A stretch of DNA of 64,000 bases. It comes from Candidatus Latescibacterota bacterium (lineage in GTDB: Bacteria > Latescibacterota > UBA2968). The stretch covers positions 5,536,001 through 5,600,000 of the forward strand of contig OZ242311.1 in NCBI GenBank assembly GCA_965207885.1, read 5' to 3'. The number at the start of each line of letters is the position of its first letter. Position 1 is the stretch's first letter. The notes below the pieces were generated by a model that saw nothing but the letters and a program-made list of their open reading frames with translations, was not told the origin of the DNA and ran no database searches. Position numbers and translations under genes: made by a program. Of this stretch, positions 38,278 to 52,185 are shown in pieces.

Positions 38278-38968
38278 TCAACCGCGCTTCTCGCACGCGC
38301 TCTGCTTGTGTTCGCCGCAAATAAAAAGGCTCTGCTGTCTCCGCATCATCTACCTCTCCCCGTTCGCAACGCGCCTGCCCCAGCAGCGCAACAGCCCCAG
38401 CAGTGGGGCGACCCAGAGTTGCATTTGCAAAATACGCATCTCGTCCCAACGCATCGACAATAACATCGCGATAAGCCTGGGCACCATCTCCCACCACAGT
38501 CACGGGACGCGGCAGACGCGTGACCCAATTGGAAACCGCATCTGCGCGATCGGGCATTTTCGAAATCGGATCCCCCGCAACGAGATCATATACCCCCGCA
38601 TACACATCGCCTCGCCGGGCATCCAGCATCGGGCAAACGGGCATCCCTTCTACCCCTGTCCCAAAAGCCATACCCGCGAGGGTTGACACGCACACAAACA
38701 CAAGATCCGCACCGCGACACAACCCCTTTGCCAGACCCATACCGATACGCAACCCCGTAAACGAACCGGGACCAGCAGCCACAGCCACGCCATCCAGATC
38801 GCCAACACTTAAACCCACCTCCCGCAACACCATTTCAACCATCGGCTGCAACCGTTCCGAATGATGTGAACCCAATTCCAACGTGTATTCCACAACCACG
38901 CGGGCATCGCAGGCCAAAGCCACACTGCATACCGGTGTCGAAGTCTCAATACCCAAAAATTTTGTCAA
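38264..38968 (-). CDS. tsaB: tRNA t6A biosynthesis protein TsaB
   Basis: LGIETST, GPGSFTGLRIG, LDARRGDVY; TTG start after GAGG. Confidence 0.92.
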   Translation of the reverse strand: MTKFLGIETSTPVCSVALACDARVVVEYTLELGSHHSERLQPMVEMVLREVGLSVGDLDGVAVAAGPGSFTGLRIGMGLAKGLCRGADLVFVCVSTLAGMAFGTGVEGMPVCPMLDARRGDVYAGVYDLVAGDPISKMPDRADAVSNWVTRLPRPVTVVGDGAQAYRDVIVDALGRDAYFANATLGRPTAGAVALLGQARCERGEVDDAETAEPFYLRRTQAERVREARLSGDG

Positions 38969-39050
38969 CTTGCAATACCTCAAAACAACTTACGTTGCGA
39001 CCCATCTTCCGGCGGAGTCTTCCCCAAATGCAAATACGCCCACGCCGTCG
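38937..39050. repeat. 114-bp direct repeat, copy 1 (ruvB 3' end + tsaB 5' start)
   Basis: Near-identical to 39497-39610 (offset 560). Confidence 0.9.
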
Positions 39051-39061
39051 GTGGTGGCGCC

Positions 39062-39457
39062 TCAGGGTTGACCCTTCTCCTCTGCAATCTGGATCAGGTT
39101 GCCGCATGAATCGTCGAAGACTGCGGTAATGACAGTCCCGAGGTCCGTTGGCGGCTGAACGAAGCGCACACCTTTGGCCACGAGGCGCTCGTACTCGGCT
39201 TCGACATCATCAACTGCAAAGCTGGCACTGGGGATCCTGTCCTCCACCATCGCCGTCCTGAATGGACCGACTGCGGGGTGTTCTTCGGGTTCAAGCAGCA
39301 ACTCCGTCCCCTCCGGAGCTTCCTCGGATACGACGGTGATCCAGGCGTTCTTTCCCAGCGGGATGTTGTGCTTGACGCGGAAACCAAGGATCTCCGTGTA
39401 GAATCGAAGCGCCTTCTGCTGGTCGTCCACGAAGACGCTGGTCAGGTTGATTCTCAT
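39062..39457 (-). CDS. VOC/glyoxalase family protein
   Basis: SVFVDDQQKALRFYTEILGF, AVFDDSCGNLIQI; visibly GC-richer than neighbours. Confidence 0.92.
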   Translation of the reverse strand: MRINLTSVFVDDQQKALRFYTEILGFRVKHNIPLGKNAWITVVSEEAPEGTELLLEPEEHPAVGPFRTAMVEDRIPSASFAVDDVEAEYERLVAKGVRFVQPPTDLGTVITAVFDDSCGNLIQIAEEKGQP

Positions 39458-39496
39458 TTCCCCATGCCCTCCTCTGTTGGGTGTGAAATGTCCTCG

Positions 39497-39610
39497 GTCG
39501 AAGTCTCAATACCCAAAAATTTTGTCAACTTACAATACCTCAAAACAACTTACTTTGTGACCCATCTTCAGGTGGCGTCTTCCCCAAATGCAAATACGCC
39601 CGCGCCGTTG
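39497..39610. repeat. 114-bp direct repeat, copy 2
   Basis: Contains the functional ruvB stop and a truncated tsaB start. Confidence 0.9.
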
Positions 39611-40565
39611 CCTGACGCCCCCGAGGCGTGCGCACCAGGAACCCCTCCTGAATCAGATAGGGTTCATACACTTCCTCCAGCGTGCCTGTCTCTTCACTCA
39701 GCGCAGCACCCAGATTATTTAAGCCAACGGGACCACCTTCGAATTTATCGATCAGCGTTTCCAACAATCGGCGATCCATTTCATCCAACCCCTTTGCATC
39801 CACCCCCAACAATGCCAGCGCCTTAACCGCAACTTCTTCTGTAATCACCCCATCGGCACGCGCCTGTGCATAATCGCGAGACCGCGACAACTGACGCCCG
39901 GCAATGCGCGCTGTTCCCCGCGACCTGTGGGCAATCACGCGCGCGGCATCCTCTTCAATCTCAATACCCAAAATACGCGCAGCCCTCATCACAATGGCCT
40001 GCAACTCATCCGGAGCATAAAAATCCAGCCGCTCCATCAACCCAAAGCGCGATCGCATCGGCGCTGTGAGCAGTCCCAATCGCGTTGTTGCGCCCACCAT
40101 AGTAAAGGGTTCAAGCGGAATTTGATACGACCTGGCACTCGGGCCGCTATCGATCATAATATCCAGCGTAAAATCCTCCATTGCCGAATACAAATGTTCT
40201 TCTACCACCCGATTCATGCGATGGATCTCATCGATAAACAGCACATCGCGCTCATTCAAATTCGTCAAAATCCCCGCCAGATCAGCCGGGCGCTCAAGCA
40301 CCGGTCCCGATGTCACATGAATTTCAACCCCAAGCTCGTGCGCTATCACATAAGCCAGAGTGGTCTTACCCAGACCGGGAGGCCCGTGCAACAAAATGTG
40401 ATCCATAGCCTCATTGCGATGACGCGCAGCCTCCACGGCAATACGCAAATTCGTCTTCGCCTTTTCTTGCCCGACCATATCGTCAAATCGAATCGGACGA
40501 ATCCGTTGATCGCGCTCAAGTTCGTCACCATCATGAAACTCGGGATCGGTAAATCGTTCATCCAT
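39540..40565 (-). CDS. ruvB: Holliday junction helicase RuvB
   Basis: [27 protein letters not shown]. Confidence 0.97.
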   Translation of the reverse strand: MDERFTDPEFHDGDELERDQRIRPIRFDDMVGQEKAKTNLRIAVEAARHRNEAMDHILLHGPPGLGKTTLAYVIAHELGVEIHVTSGPVLERPADLAGILTNLNERDVLFIDEIHRMNRVVEEHLYSAMEDFTLDIMIDSGPSARSYQIPLEPFTMVGATTRLGLLTAPMRSRFGLMERLDFYAPDELQAIVMRAARILGIEIEEDAARVIAHRSRGTARIAGRQLSRSRDYAQARADGVITEEVAVKALALLGVDAKGLDEMDRRLLETLIDKFEGGPVGLNNLGAALSEETGTLEEVYEPYLIQEGFLVRTPRGRQATARAYLHLGKTPPEDGSQSKLF

Positions 40566-40582
40566 AAAATAGCCTTATGCTG

Positions 40583-41179
40583 CTAAATACTCCTCAATGC
40601 CCGCTTAATCACTTCCTCAATCGGCGCATCGTCGCCTATCTCCTGCAAGACCGTTGCAACAACTTTGCGCGCCTGTACTGGATTCGCGCCCAAACCCGAT
40701 AGAGCAGCAGCGGCTTCGTCTAATACATCGGGATCTGCATCCCCCACGGCATCGGATGTAAAATCTTCTGGCGCAATATCGCCAATTTTATCCTTCATCT
40801 CCAGCACCAGACGCTGCGCGAGTTTTTGACCAATGCCTTTGATGCGCGTCAACCCCCGGGCATCTTCTGCGGCAACCAACCGCCTGAAATCGGCAATGGG
40901 AATACCGGACAAAATTTTCAATGCCATCGGTGGCCCAATACCCGAAACCGCGATCAGGCGCTCAAACAAATCGCGCTCGGACACCGAGGCAAACCCGTAA
41001 AGCGTCATCGCGTCTTCTCGTACATGCAAATGCGTGAGAACTTTTACGCGTCCATCCTCGACCAAAAGCGATTCATAGCTCGACAGTGAAATATTGACGT
41101 GATACCCCACGCCCTGAACATCGACAATAACATGGGTCGGGTGTTTTTCGACCAGTTGCCCTTGTAGAAACGCAATCAT
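40583..41179 (-). CDS. ruvA: Holliday junction branch migration protein RuvA
   Basis: GVGY, HVREDAMTLYGF, VSGIGP. Confidence 0.96.
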   Translation of the reverse strand: MIAFLQGQLVEKHPTHVIVDVQGVGYHVNISLSSYESLLVEDGRVKVLTHLHVREDAMTLYGFASVSERDLFERLIAVSGIGPPMALKILSGIPIADFRRLVAAEDARGLTRIKGIGQKLAQRLVLEMKDKIGDIAPEDFTSDAVGDADPDVLDEAAAALSGLGANPVQARKVVATVLQEIGDDAPIEEVIKRALRSI

Positions 41180-41183
41180 TGTA

Positions 41184-41807
41184 TCATCTTCCCCTTCGAT
41201 TCAGACGCCGTCGCAACCTGGCATCCACGCCGATCTCCTTGAGTTTTTCATCAAATCGACTCTGTTCCCTACCGCCCTTTTTCAACGCTTCAATCTTCTC
41301 TGCCAATTTATTTTGCCGTATCCCAGGCCCTCGCACAGCAACCTTCTGATGCGCGTGGCACAGGGCAATCGCCACGGCATCTGTCGCATCAAATCCCTGA
41401 CCCACTGCTTCTTTCCCCAGCAATCGCTGAATCATAAATTGCACCTGTTCTTTGGACGCACTCCCCCGGCCCACAACCGCTCTTTTCACTTCGCGGGGCG
41501 CGTATTCAAAAATGGGCAAATCGGAATTGGCCAGCGCCGTCACAATAGCCCCTCGCGCCTGACACAACTTAATCAACGATTGCGTATTGACACCGTAAAA
41601 AACAGATTCAAGCGCGACTTCATGCGGGCCTGCATCCGCGACCAGCGCGAGCAAGTGGTCGTAGATATAGAGCAAGCGCTGGGGGAAAGACAATTTATTA
41701 CCGGGCCGAATACAGCCGCATTGCAGCAACCGATTTTTTCGGTTCTGGTGCTCAACCAGACCAAAACCGGTTACCACACTGCCCGGATCAATACCCAGAA
41801 TGATCAC
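41184..41807 (-). CDS. ruvC: crossover junction endodeoxyribonuclease RuvC with basic C-terminal extension
   Basis: ILGIDPG, ESVF, DATDAVAIA. Confidence 0.94.
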   Translation of the reverse strand: MIILGIDPGSVVTGFGLVEHQNRKNRLLQCGCIRPGNKLSFPQRLLYIYDHLLALVADAGPHEVALESVFYGVNTQSLIKLCQARGAIVTALANSDLPIFEYAPREVKRAVVGRGSASKEQVQFMIQRLLGKEAVGQGFDATDAVAIALCHAHQKVAVRGPGIRQNKLAEKIEALKKGGREQSRFDEKLKEIGVDARLRRRLNRRGR

Positions 41808-41902
41808 GCGAGCCACCTTTTTTGAAGTGTGGAATGGTGTACAACTGGTCGCAGTCCAGACCAGTTCACGAGGAAGTAGGAAGTGTGAAGGGGGAGGGGA
41901 AA

Positions 41903-42652
41903 TCAAGCTGTCAGGGCTGATAGTTCTCTATCGTCAATCTCAAAATTGGTATATACCCGCTGCACATCGTCATTGTCTTCGAGCATTTCCATCAAAGTCA
42001 ACAATTGCTGCGCGGTTTTGCCTTCAACGGGCACAGTACTTTGCGGAACGCGCGTCAACTCAGCGCGCTCAATTTCAATACCCGCATCTTCAATCGCTTT
42101 GCGAACGCTTTCAAAATCGGGCAAAGATGCATAAACTTCGTAGATATTCTCTTCTTCTACAATATCCTCGGCGCCAGCATCTAAAACGATCAGCATCAGT
42201 TCTTCTTCTTCCACGCCCTCTTTGGACACAGAAACCAGGCCCTTTTGCTCAAACACCCACGCCACGGCACCACTTTCGGCCATACTGCCATTGTATTTGC
42301 CAAACAAATGCCGCACTTCAGATACCGTGCGATTTCGATTATCTGTCAGAGTTTCAACAAACATGGCCACACCACCCGGTCCGTACCCCTCGTAAATCGC
42401 ACCTTCATAAGACTCGCCTTCAAGCTCTCCCGTACCCTTTTTAATCGCGCGGTCAATATTGACCATAGGCATATTTTCAGCCTTCGCACTCAGAACAGCC
42501 GCACGCAGACGCGGGTTATTCGCTTCATCGCCGCCACCCTCGCGGGCAGCCACCGTAATCTCTCGGATCAATTTGGTAAACGCCTTGCCTCGAGCCGCGT
42601 CCTGACGGCTCTTGCGATGCTTGATATTTGCCCATTTAGAATGTCCAGCCAT
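41903..42652 (-). CDS. yebC: YebC/PmpR family protein
   Basis: MAGHSKWANIKHRK, YEGYGPGG. Confidence 0.96.
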   Translation of the reverse strand: MAGHSKWANIKHRKSRQDAARGKAFTKLIREITVAAREGGGDEANNPRLRAAVLSAKAENMPMVNIDRAIKKGTGELEGESYEGAIYEGYGPGGVAMFVETLTDNRNRTVSEVRHLFGKYNGSMAESGAVAWVFEQKGLVSVSKEGVEEEELMLIVLDAGAEDIVEEENIYEVYASLPDFESVRKAIEDAGIEIERAELTRVPQSTVPVEGKTAQQLLTLMEMLEDNDDVQRVYTNFEIDDRELSALTA

Positions 42653-42737
42653 CCTGCCATACTCCTTTATTTATAAGTCTCCTATTACCTTGATCCAAAT
42701 GTAGTCAGAACCCCGCCATTGTGCAATAGGAAATACG

Positions 42738-44165
42738 CTACTTACGAACTTGCAACAAATCCATAAATTCCCACACGGGCATAGTATCCAAATCTGACCC
42801 TTCAAACACAGCCAACACATCTCGAACCTGACGCATCTCGAACCGCGTCGTCATATTTTCCACAAACTTTTCCACCAGCAAGGGCGCGGCCTCCTCCCGC
42901 CTGCTCCGATGCCCGATGGGATATTCCACCGTCACGGCCTCTGTCGCCGACCCATCATTGAAAAACACCTGCACAGTATTGGCAATTGACCGCTTGTCAG
43001 GATCGTGGTAATCCCGTGTAAACCGAGCGTTTTCAGTCACCACCATCTTTTCTCTCAACATATCAATACGCGCGTCCCCTGCACGCTCCTCTTCATAGTC
43101 ATCTGCGGTCAAATCGCCAAAAATCAGCCCTATAGCCACCATATACTGCAAGCAGTGATCCCGATCTGCCGGATTGTACAGCGGACCGGTCTTATCGATA
43201 ATTTTTACGGCAGCTTCGTGAGTCTCAATCACCACCCGCTCAACAGCCTCCAAACGCGGTGCCACCTCATTGTGCAACGCAAACGCGGCTTCTACTGCTG
43301 TCTGTGCGTGAAATTCAGCGGGAAAAGACACTTTGAATAACACGTTTTCCATCACATAAGAACCGTACACGCGCTGAAACTGAAACCGGTCGCCATTCCA
43401 CAAGCGGTCGTAAAAACCCCAAACGGGTGCAGATAGAGCCGTTGGATATCCCATCTCGCCGCGCTTTGTCTGCAATGCCAAAAATACGGCACGCGCTGTC
43501 GCATCTCCCGCCGCCCAACTCTTGCGCGATCCCGTATTGGGCGCGTGCCGATAGGTTCGCAAAGGACCCAAATCGCACCACACCTGTGACAATGCATTGA
43601 CAACCTGCCCCTCATCACACCCCAACAGCCCAGCAGAAACCGCCGCACTCGCCAACTTCACCAAAATCACATGATCCAGCCCCCGGGCATTAAAACTGTT
43701 TTCCAATGCCATCACGCCCTGAATCTCATGCGCTTTGATCATCGCCACAAACACATCCCGCATCACCAGTCCTTCTCTCCCCTGTGCCCGCTGCGTGCGC
43801 GACATCCAGTCCGCCACCCCGAGAATTGCACCCAGATTATCCGAAGGATGTCCCCACTCCGCCGCCAACCACGTATCGTTAAAATCCAGCCACCGCACCA
43901 GTGTCCCAATATTAAACGCGGCAGTCACCGGATCGAGTTCGTAATCAGTACCCGGCACCCGCGCACCGTGCGGTACAATGGTTCCAGGCACCACGGGACC
44001 GAGCATCTTCGTACACTCAGAAAACCGCAATGCCAACACCGCACACCCCAAACTATCCATCAGACACAAACGAGCCGTCTGAAAAGCCTCCTCGGAATTC
44101 ACTTTACAATCCAGCACGTACTGTGCGATAGCCACCAGTTCTCTATCCGGTACCCGATCATCCAT
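42738..44165 (-). CDS. prpD: 2-methylcitrate dehydratase
   Basis: [34 protein letters not shown]. Confidence 0.95.
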   Translation of the reverse strand: MDDRVPDRELVAIAQYVLDCKVNSEEAFQTARLCLMDSLGCAVLALRFSECTKMLGPVVPGTIVPHGARVPGTDYELDPVTAAFNIGTLVRWLDFNDTWLAAEWGHPSDNLGAILGVADWMSRTQRAQGREGLVMRDVFVAMIKAHEIQGVMALENSFNARGLDHVILVKLASAAVSAGLLGCDEGQVVNALSQVWCDLGPLRTYRHAPNTGSRKSWAAGDATARAVFLALQTKRGEMGYPTALSAPVWGFYDRLWNGDRFQFQRVYGSYVMENVLFKVSFPAEFHAQTAVEAAFALHNEVAPRLEAVERVVIETHEAAVKIIDKTGPLYNPADRDHCLQYMVAIGLIFGDLTADDYEEERAGDARIDMLREKMVVTENARFTRDYHDPDKRSIANTVQVFFNDGSATEAVTVEYPIGHRSRREEAAPLLVEKFVENMTTRFEMRQVRDVLAVFEGSDLDTMPVWEFMDLLQVRK

Positions 44166-44209
44166 GGCAGTCCTCAAGCTATTAGCAATCAGCGATCAGC
44201 TAAAAACCC

Positions 44210-44265
44210 CTGGATCGCGGCTTTAGACATGCCGCGATGACGGGCGAAGCATGCCTCGCCCCTAC
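44210..44265. repeat. REP-like palindrome copy B plus adjacent GTAG-type REP
   Basis: CTGGATCGCGGCTttagaCATGCCGCGATGAC, then the reverse complement of GTAGGGGCGAGGCATGCTTCGCCCG. Confidence 0.8.
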
Positions 44266-44294
44266 GGTTGTTCACACTTCCTACTTCACACTTC

Positions 44295-45398
44295 TTAGCC
44301 CCTGTCTTCTATTGGCACATAATCTCGCGCCTCTACCCCCGTGTATTCCGCCAGAGGCCGAATCAGTCTATTATCCGCCCGCTGCTCCACCACATGAGCA
44401 GCCCAACCACTGCAACGACTGAGCACAAATATGGGCGTGAAAAGCGCCGTCTTAATACCGGCCATGTGATACGCTGTTGCCGAATAAAAATCCAGATTTG
44501 GAAACAACTTCTTCTCATCCCACATAACCCGCTCAATCGCTTCAGAAATCTCGTACAGACGCATATCGCCCATTGCTGCACTCACCTGACGCGCCCAATC
44601 TTTAATAATCGCATTGCGCGGATCTCGCACGCGATAAACCCCGTGCCCAAACCCCATAATCAATTCTCTGCGCGCCAGCATCTCTCGCACACCTGTTGCC
44701 GCGTCTTCGGGCGTCTCGAACTGCTCGATCAATTCCATTGCCCGCTCATTTGCGCCCCCGTGCAAAGACCCGCTCAAAGTGCCAATAGCCCCGGTAATAC
44801 ATCCATAAAAATCGGCAAGCGTAGAGGCGCATACCCTCGCCGTAAATGTCGAGGCATTAAACTCGTGCTCGGCATATAAAATCAACGACGCATCCATCAT
44901 CCGACATTCCAACTCCGAAGGCGTCTCCGATTTGAGCATATGCAAGATATAAGCCGCGTGATCATCCACATCCACATCCAAAACATCGGCACCTATATGC
45001 CAGACCCCCAGCATAGAGGGCAATGCACCCATAAGCCGCACAGCCACAGCTACGCCATCTCCCAAATCCCGCTCAGGCTCGGCAATGCCAAGTGCCGATA
45101 CACCGGTTCGCAAAACATCCATCGGATGTGCGTCTGAAGGCAGCGAACGCAGAATCCGCACAACCAAATCTGGCAACTGCCGGTGCGCTCGCAACTGCGT
45201 TTTCAACGCATCCAATTCTCTCTCAGTGGGCAACTTCTCCCACAACAACAAATGCACGATTTCCTCAAAACAGGCATATTGTGCCAGGTCTTCAATCGCA
45301 TAGCCCCGATAGTGCAAACCGTGACCTTCTGCGCCTACAGTACAAATCGACGTACTGCCAGCCTTAACCCCTCTCAAACCTGTCGTCTGTTTGCTCAC
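44295..45398 (-). CDS. prpC: 2-methylcitrate synthase
   Basis: YAEHEFNASTF, LHGGANE, MGFGH, PNLDF; lies between prpB and prpD. Confidence 0.93.
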   Translation of the reverse strand: MSKQTTGLRGVKAGSTSICTVGAEGHGLHYRGYAIEDLAQYACFEEIVHLLLWEKLPTERELDALKTQLRAHRQLPDLVVRILRSLPSDAHPMDVLRTGVSALGIAEPERDLGDGVAVAVRLMGALPSMLGVWHIGADVLDVDVDDHAAYILHMLKSETPSELECRMMDASLILYAEHEFNASTFTARVCASTLADFYGCITGAIGTLSGSLHGGANERAMELIEQFETPEDAATGVREMLARRELIMGFGHGVYRVRDPRNAIIKDWARQVSAAMGDMRLYEISEAIERVMWDEKKLFPNLDFYSATAYHMAGIKTALFTPIFVLSRCSGWAAHVVEQRADNRLIRPLAEYTGVEARDYVPIEDRG

Positions 45399-45472
45399 AG
45401 TATCCTCCTCTCAAAAAAAGGCCGTGAGCATTTTTACTCACGACCTTTTCCCGTAAAATCTCCTCAGGCGAT

Positions 45473-46342
45473 TCACGCGCCATAAAGTCGATTGACCTGC
45501 GCCTCATACCCGTAATAATCCAGCAATTCGTAGAGTTCTTCACGCGTCTGCATCTCGTTTATCAACGCGCCCTGCACGCCCTGTGTCCGCAGCGTTTTAT
45601 ACGCCCGATAAGCAGCTGCATTCATCATTCTAAACGCCGTGAGAGGATACAACACCATGGCGACATCCGCACCTCTCATCTCGTCCAGATCAAACAGAGG
45701 CGTTTGTCCAAACTCGGTGAGATTCGCCAGCACAGGTACAGAAAGCCTTTGGGCAAAGGTGCGGAAATCCTCCAACGAACACAGTGCTTCTGCAAAAATC
45801 GCATCCGCACCCGCGGCAATGTATTCCCGGGCGCGATTGAGACCGCACGCCAAACCCTCATTGGCCACAGAATCCGTTCGCGCCATAATCACAAACCCGC
45901 TGTCTGACCGCGCATCGACCGCTGCTTTGATTCGGTCGCACATCTCCTCGGCAGGTACCACCTGTTTTCCCGGGCGATGTCCACACCGTTTTTGCAATAC
46001 CTGGTCTTCAATATGAACAGCGGCAACGCCAATTTTTTCCAGCGTCTTTACCGCGCGACCAATCGAAAAAGAAGTGCCGCCGAACCCGGTATCGATGTCA
46101 ACCAGCAGCGGTAAATCCACCACATCTGTAATCCGCCGGGCATCCTCGACCACATTATCCAGCGTTGTAATGCCCAAATCGGGCAAACCATAAGAGGCAG
46201 CAGCCACGCCCGAACCAGAAAGATAAAGCGCGCGAAAGCCCGCTTGTTTTGCCATAAGCGCAGATACGGCATTGATAGTACCCACAATCTGCAAGGGTCG
46301 TTCTGCGCCCAGTGCCTCCCTGAACCTGCGCCCGGCTGACAT
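45473..46342 (-). CDS. prpB: methylisocitrate lyase
   Basis: LVDIDTGFG, IEDQVLQKRCGHRPGK. Confidence 0.95.
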   Translation of the reverse strand: MSAGRRFREALGAERPLQIVGTINAVSALMAKQAGFRALYLSGSGVAAASYGLPDLGITTLDNVVEDARRITDVVDLPLLVDIDTGFGGTSFSIGRAVKTLEKIGVAAVHIEDQVLQKRCGHRPGKQVVPAEEMCDRIKAAVDARSDSGFVIMARTDSVANEGLACGLNRAREYIAAGADAIFAEALCSLEDFRTFAQRLSVPVLANLTEFGQTPLFDLDEMRGADVAMVLYPLTAFRMMNAAAYRAYKTLRTQGVQGALINEMQTREELYELLDYYGYEAQVNRLYGA

Positions 46343-46356
46343 CGCCATCTCCTTAT

Positions 46357-46600
46357 CAAATAGCCCGTAAAACCCATTGACGGTATTCTCTCATTAAAAT
46401 ATATTATAATTATAATTTAGGTATGAGGTTCTGCACAAAATGATACCGCCCGTGTAGGTAAAACCTGGGGGTCATCCCCTTTTTGGGATGCTTTCACCCA
46501 GTGAACATGATACATTGCTTTGCCCATTGGTCCAGGACGATGTACCAAGGCGGGGTTAATCGCCGAGAAGCCCAACTCGTTCACGGTTGGGAGTCGTCAC
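46357..46600 (+). mobile_element. non-autonomous IS200/IS605-derived mini-element (244 bp)
   Basis: TTAT then left end CAAATAGCCCGTAAAACCCA, resembling the left end of the element at 60475; right-end hairpin CCCAAC..GTTGGG-AGTCGTCAC. Confidence 0.75.
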
Positions 46601-46620
46601 GCTTCTACCAATTCGCGATC
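46445..46620 (+). ncRNA. putative omegaRNA-like structured RNA with 3' guide
   Basis: Nested stems (CCGCC/GGCGG, CTGGG/CCCAG, CATCCC/GGGATG) ending at the IS right end; TTGACG-17-TATATT promoter at 46377-46405. Confidence 0.5.
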
Positions 46621-48678
46621 GTGTTCGGACGCCTCAATAACCTTTTGGGTCACATCGTGGGGAGCAGACTCGTAGTGTGAAAACTCCATGGTATAATCGC
46701 CTGTGCCCTGCGTCATAGAACGAAGGGAGGTCGAATACTTGTAAAGATCGGCCAGTGGAACCTCAGCGTGAATGACCTGGAAATTGCCTTCGGGATCCAT
46801 ACCTTGAATGCGCCCGCGTCGCCCATTGAGATCCGCCATCACATCCCCCATATAGGAATCGGGAACAACGACGTGAACTTTATAAATAGGCTCTAACAAA
46901 ATGGGCCTAGCATCCATAAATGCATTTTGAAATGCGAAGGAACCGGCCAGCTTAAAAGCCATATCAGAAGAATCAACCGGATGGAAGGACCCATCGTAAA
47001 CCGTGACCTGTGTATCGACAACGGGATACCCGGCGAGCACACCGCGTTGCATGCATTCCACGACCCCCTTTTCAACAGCCGGAATAAATTTCCCGGGAAT
47101 CGCACCGCCTACGACCTCGTCAATAAATTCAAAGCCATCACCGCGCTGCCTGGGCGCAATGCGCAAATAAGCTTCGCCATATTGACCGCGTCCACCGCTT
47201 TGTTTTCTGTGCCGATACTGCGCTTCTGCACGCGATTGGATGGTCTCGCGGTACGGTATTCGCGGTACGGTCACCTCTACATCCACGCCAAACTTGCTCT
47301 TCAACTTGTCAAACACAACCGTCAAATGCAACTCGCCCTGTCCCTGGGCAATAATCTGACGCAATTCCGCGTCATACCCGGCGACAAAGCTCGGATCTTC
47401 TTCGTGAATGCTTTGCAATCCCGTGCTAATTTTGTCTTCGTCGCCACGCGATTTGGGTTCTACGGCCACGCGAATCAAAGGATGTGGAAATTCGACCGAC
47501 TGAATTTGCAAACGCGTGTTTCTGCTGCAAAGCGTATTGCCCGTATGCGTATCCTTTAGCTTGATCAACGCGCCAATATCGCCCGCGCCCACAACGTCCA
47601 TATCCTCGCGCTTTCCGCCACTCATCGAATAAATTTGACCGATGCGCTCATTGGCACGGCGATTGGGATTAAAGACATCGTCGCCAGATTGGACACTGCC
47701 GGAATACACGCGCAAAAATGACAGATCACCCACAGACTCGGAAATCGTTTTGAACACCACGGCAGCCAAAGGATCATCATCGCTTACAGTAAGTGCCACT
47801 TCTTCTTCAGACCCTTCTTTATATGCCGTGGGAATTGGCAGGTCGAGCGGACCCGGCGCAAAGGAAGACAAAAAATCGAGCAATAAATCAACACCGATAT
47901 TTTTGCTGGCAGCACTCACAAAAATGGGAAACAAGGTGCGATTGCCCATCCCGTTTTTTAATCCTTGTGCGATCTCTTCATCTGTCAATTCCCCTTCTTC
48001 TAAATAGCGCTCAATCAAATCGTCGTCACTTTCGGCAGCCCCTTCAACCACCTGTTCCCTCAAGTCCTCAGCCTGATCTTGCCATTCCTCGGGAATCTCC
48101 GAAGCCTCAGCTTTGCCATCGGTATAGGTTACCAATTTCATCTGCAAAACATCGATGATCTGATTAAACCCTTCACCGGCATTGACCGGAATCTGAAAGG
48201 GAACAGCCCCATTTCCAAAATGCTCCTGAATTGCTGAAACCGCACCATCGCAATCGGCAAATTCTCTATCGACGTGATTGATTAAAAACACAGTTGCGCG
48301 ATTAAATTCATCGGCAAAACCAAATGCCTTATCCGTCCCAATCTCCACACCACTGGCCGCATTGACCAGCGTAAGGGCAATATCAGATGCCCAAATCGCG
48401 GTTTTTGCATCGCCAATAAAGTCGGCATAACCAGGAGCATCCAGAATATTTATTTTGGTGCCCTTCCAATCGCAGTGCAACATGGATGTACTGATAGAGA
48501 TTTTGCGCTCAACCTCTGCATCGGTATAATCCGACAGCGTATTTCCCTCATCCACAGACCCGAGTCGATTGGTCGCACCGGCAGAAAACATCACGGCTTC
48601 GGCAACGGACGTTTTGCCCGTGCCGCCGTGTCCCGACAGGGCGATGTTCCTGATATCTTCAGGTGTGTATCTATTCAC
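46597..48678 (-). CDS. fusA: elongation factor G paralog (EF-G2 type)
   Basis: Five-domain EF-G; divergent G motifs GHGGTGKT, RKISI, DAPGY, NHVD; GTG start after AAGGAGG. Confidence 0.9.
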   Translation of the reverse strand: MNRYTPEDIRNIALSGHGGTGKTSVAEAVMFSAGATNRLGSVDEGNTLSDYTDAEVERKISISTSMLHCDWKGTKINILDAPGYADFIGDAKTAIWASDIALTLVNAASGVEIGTDKAFGFADEFNRATVFLINHVDREFADCDGAVSAIQEHFGNGAVPFQIPVNAGEGFNQIIDVLQMKLVTYTDGKAEASEIPEEWQDQAEDLREQVVEGAAESDDDLIERYLEEGELTDEEIAQGLKNGMGNRTLFPIFVSAASKNIGVDLLLDFLSSFAPGPLDLPIPTAYKEGSEEEVALTVSDDDPLAAVVFKTISESVGDLSFLRVYSGSVQSGDDVFNPNRRANERIGQIYSMSGGKREDMDVVGAGDIGALIKLKDTHTGNTLCSRNTRLQIQSVEFPHPLIRVAVEPKSRGDEDKISTGLQSIHEEDPSFVAGYDAELRQIIAQGQGELHLTVVFDKLKSKFGVDVEVTVPRIPYRETIQSRAEAQYRHRKQSGGRGQYGEAYLRIAPRQRGDGFEFIDEVVGGAIPGKFIPAVEKGVVECMQRGVLAGYPVVDTQVTVYDGSFHPVDSSDMAFKLAGSFAFQNAFMDARPILLEPIYKVHVVVPDSYMGDVMADLNGRRGRIQGMDPEGNFQVIHAEVPLADLYKYSTSLRSMTQGTGDYTMEFSHYESAPHDVTQKVIEASEHDRELVEA

Positions 48679-48792
48679 TGTAACCTCCTTAATATCATTA
48701 TCAAATACTCGTTTTGAAATTCGGAAAATAAGGCGCGTATAATTGCAAAACAAACGGGTTTTGTCAAGTACTCTTTTGATCTTGTATAACAC

Positions 48793-48828
48793 AAAAAAAA
48801 GCCCGGATATAAAAATCCGGGCTTTTTA
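48793..48828 (-). terminator. rrn operon terminator
   Basis: AAAAAGCCCGGAT-N-ATCCGGGCTTTTTTTT. Confidence 0.88.
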
Positions 48829-48832
48829 AAAT

Positions 48833-48950
<118 letters not shown>

Positions 48951-49019
48951 AAAATTTAATTGAATACGAATTGAGCACCAAACAAAGCACAGAAGCGATC
49001 TGCTGAAAAATGTATAAAA

Positions 49020-52049
<3,030 letters not shown>

Positions 52050-52185
52050 AAAACAAGTTTTCAGCAGATCACTACTGTGCTCTGCAAAGAATCCATACTT
52101 CAGTTTGGCGAATTTATACCCAATTCATATTCAATTGTCAAAGAGCAGTCGGGAAATTCCCGAAAGTTCTGTAAAAATACAACTT

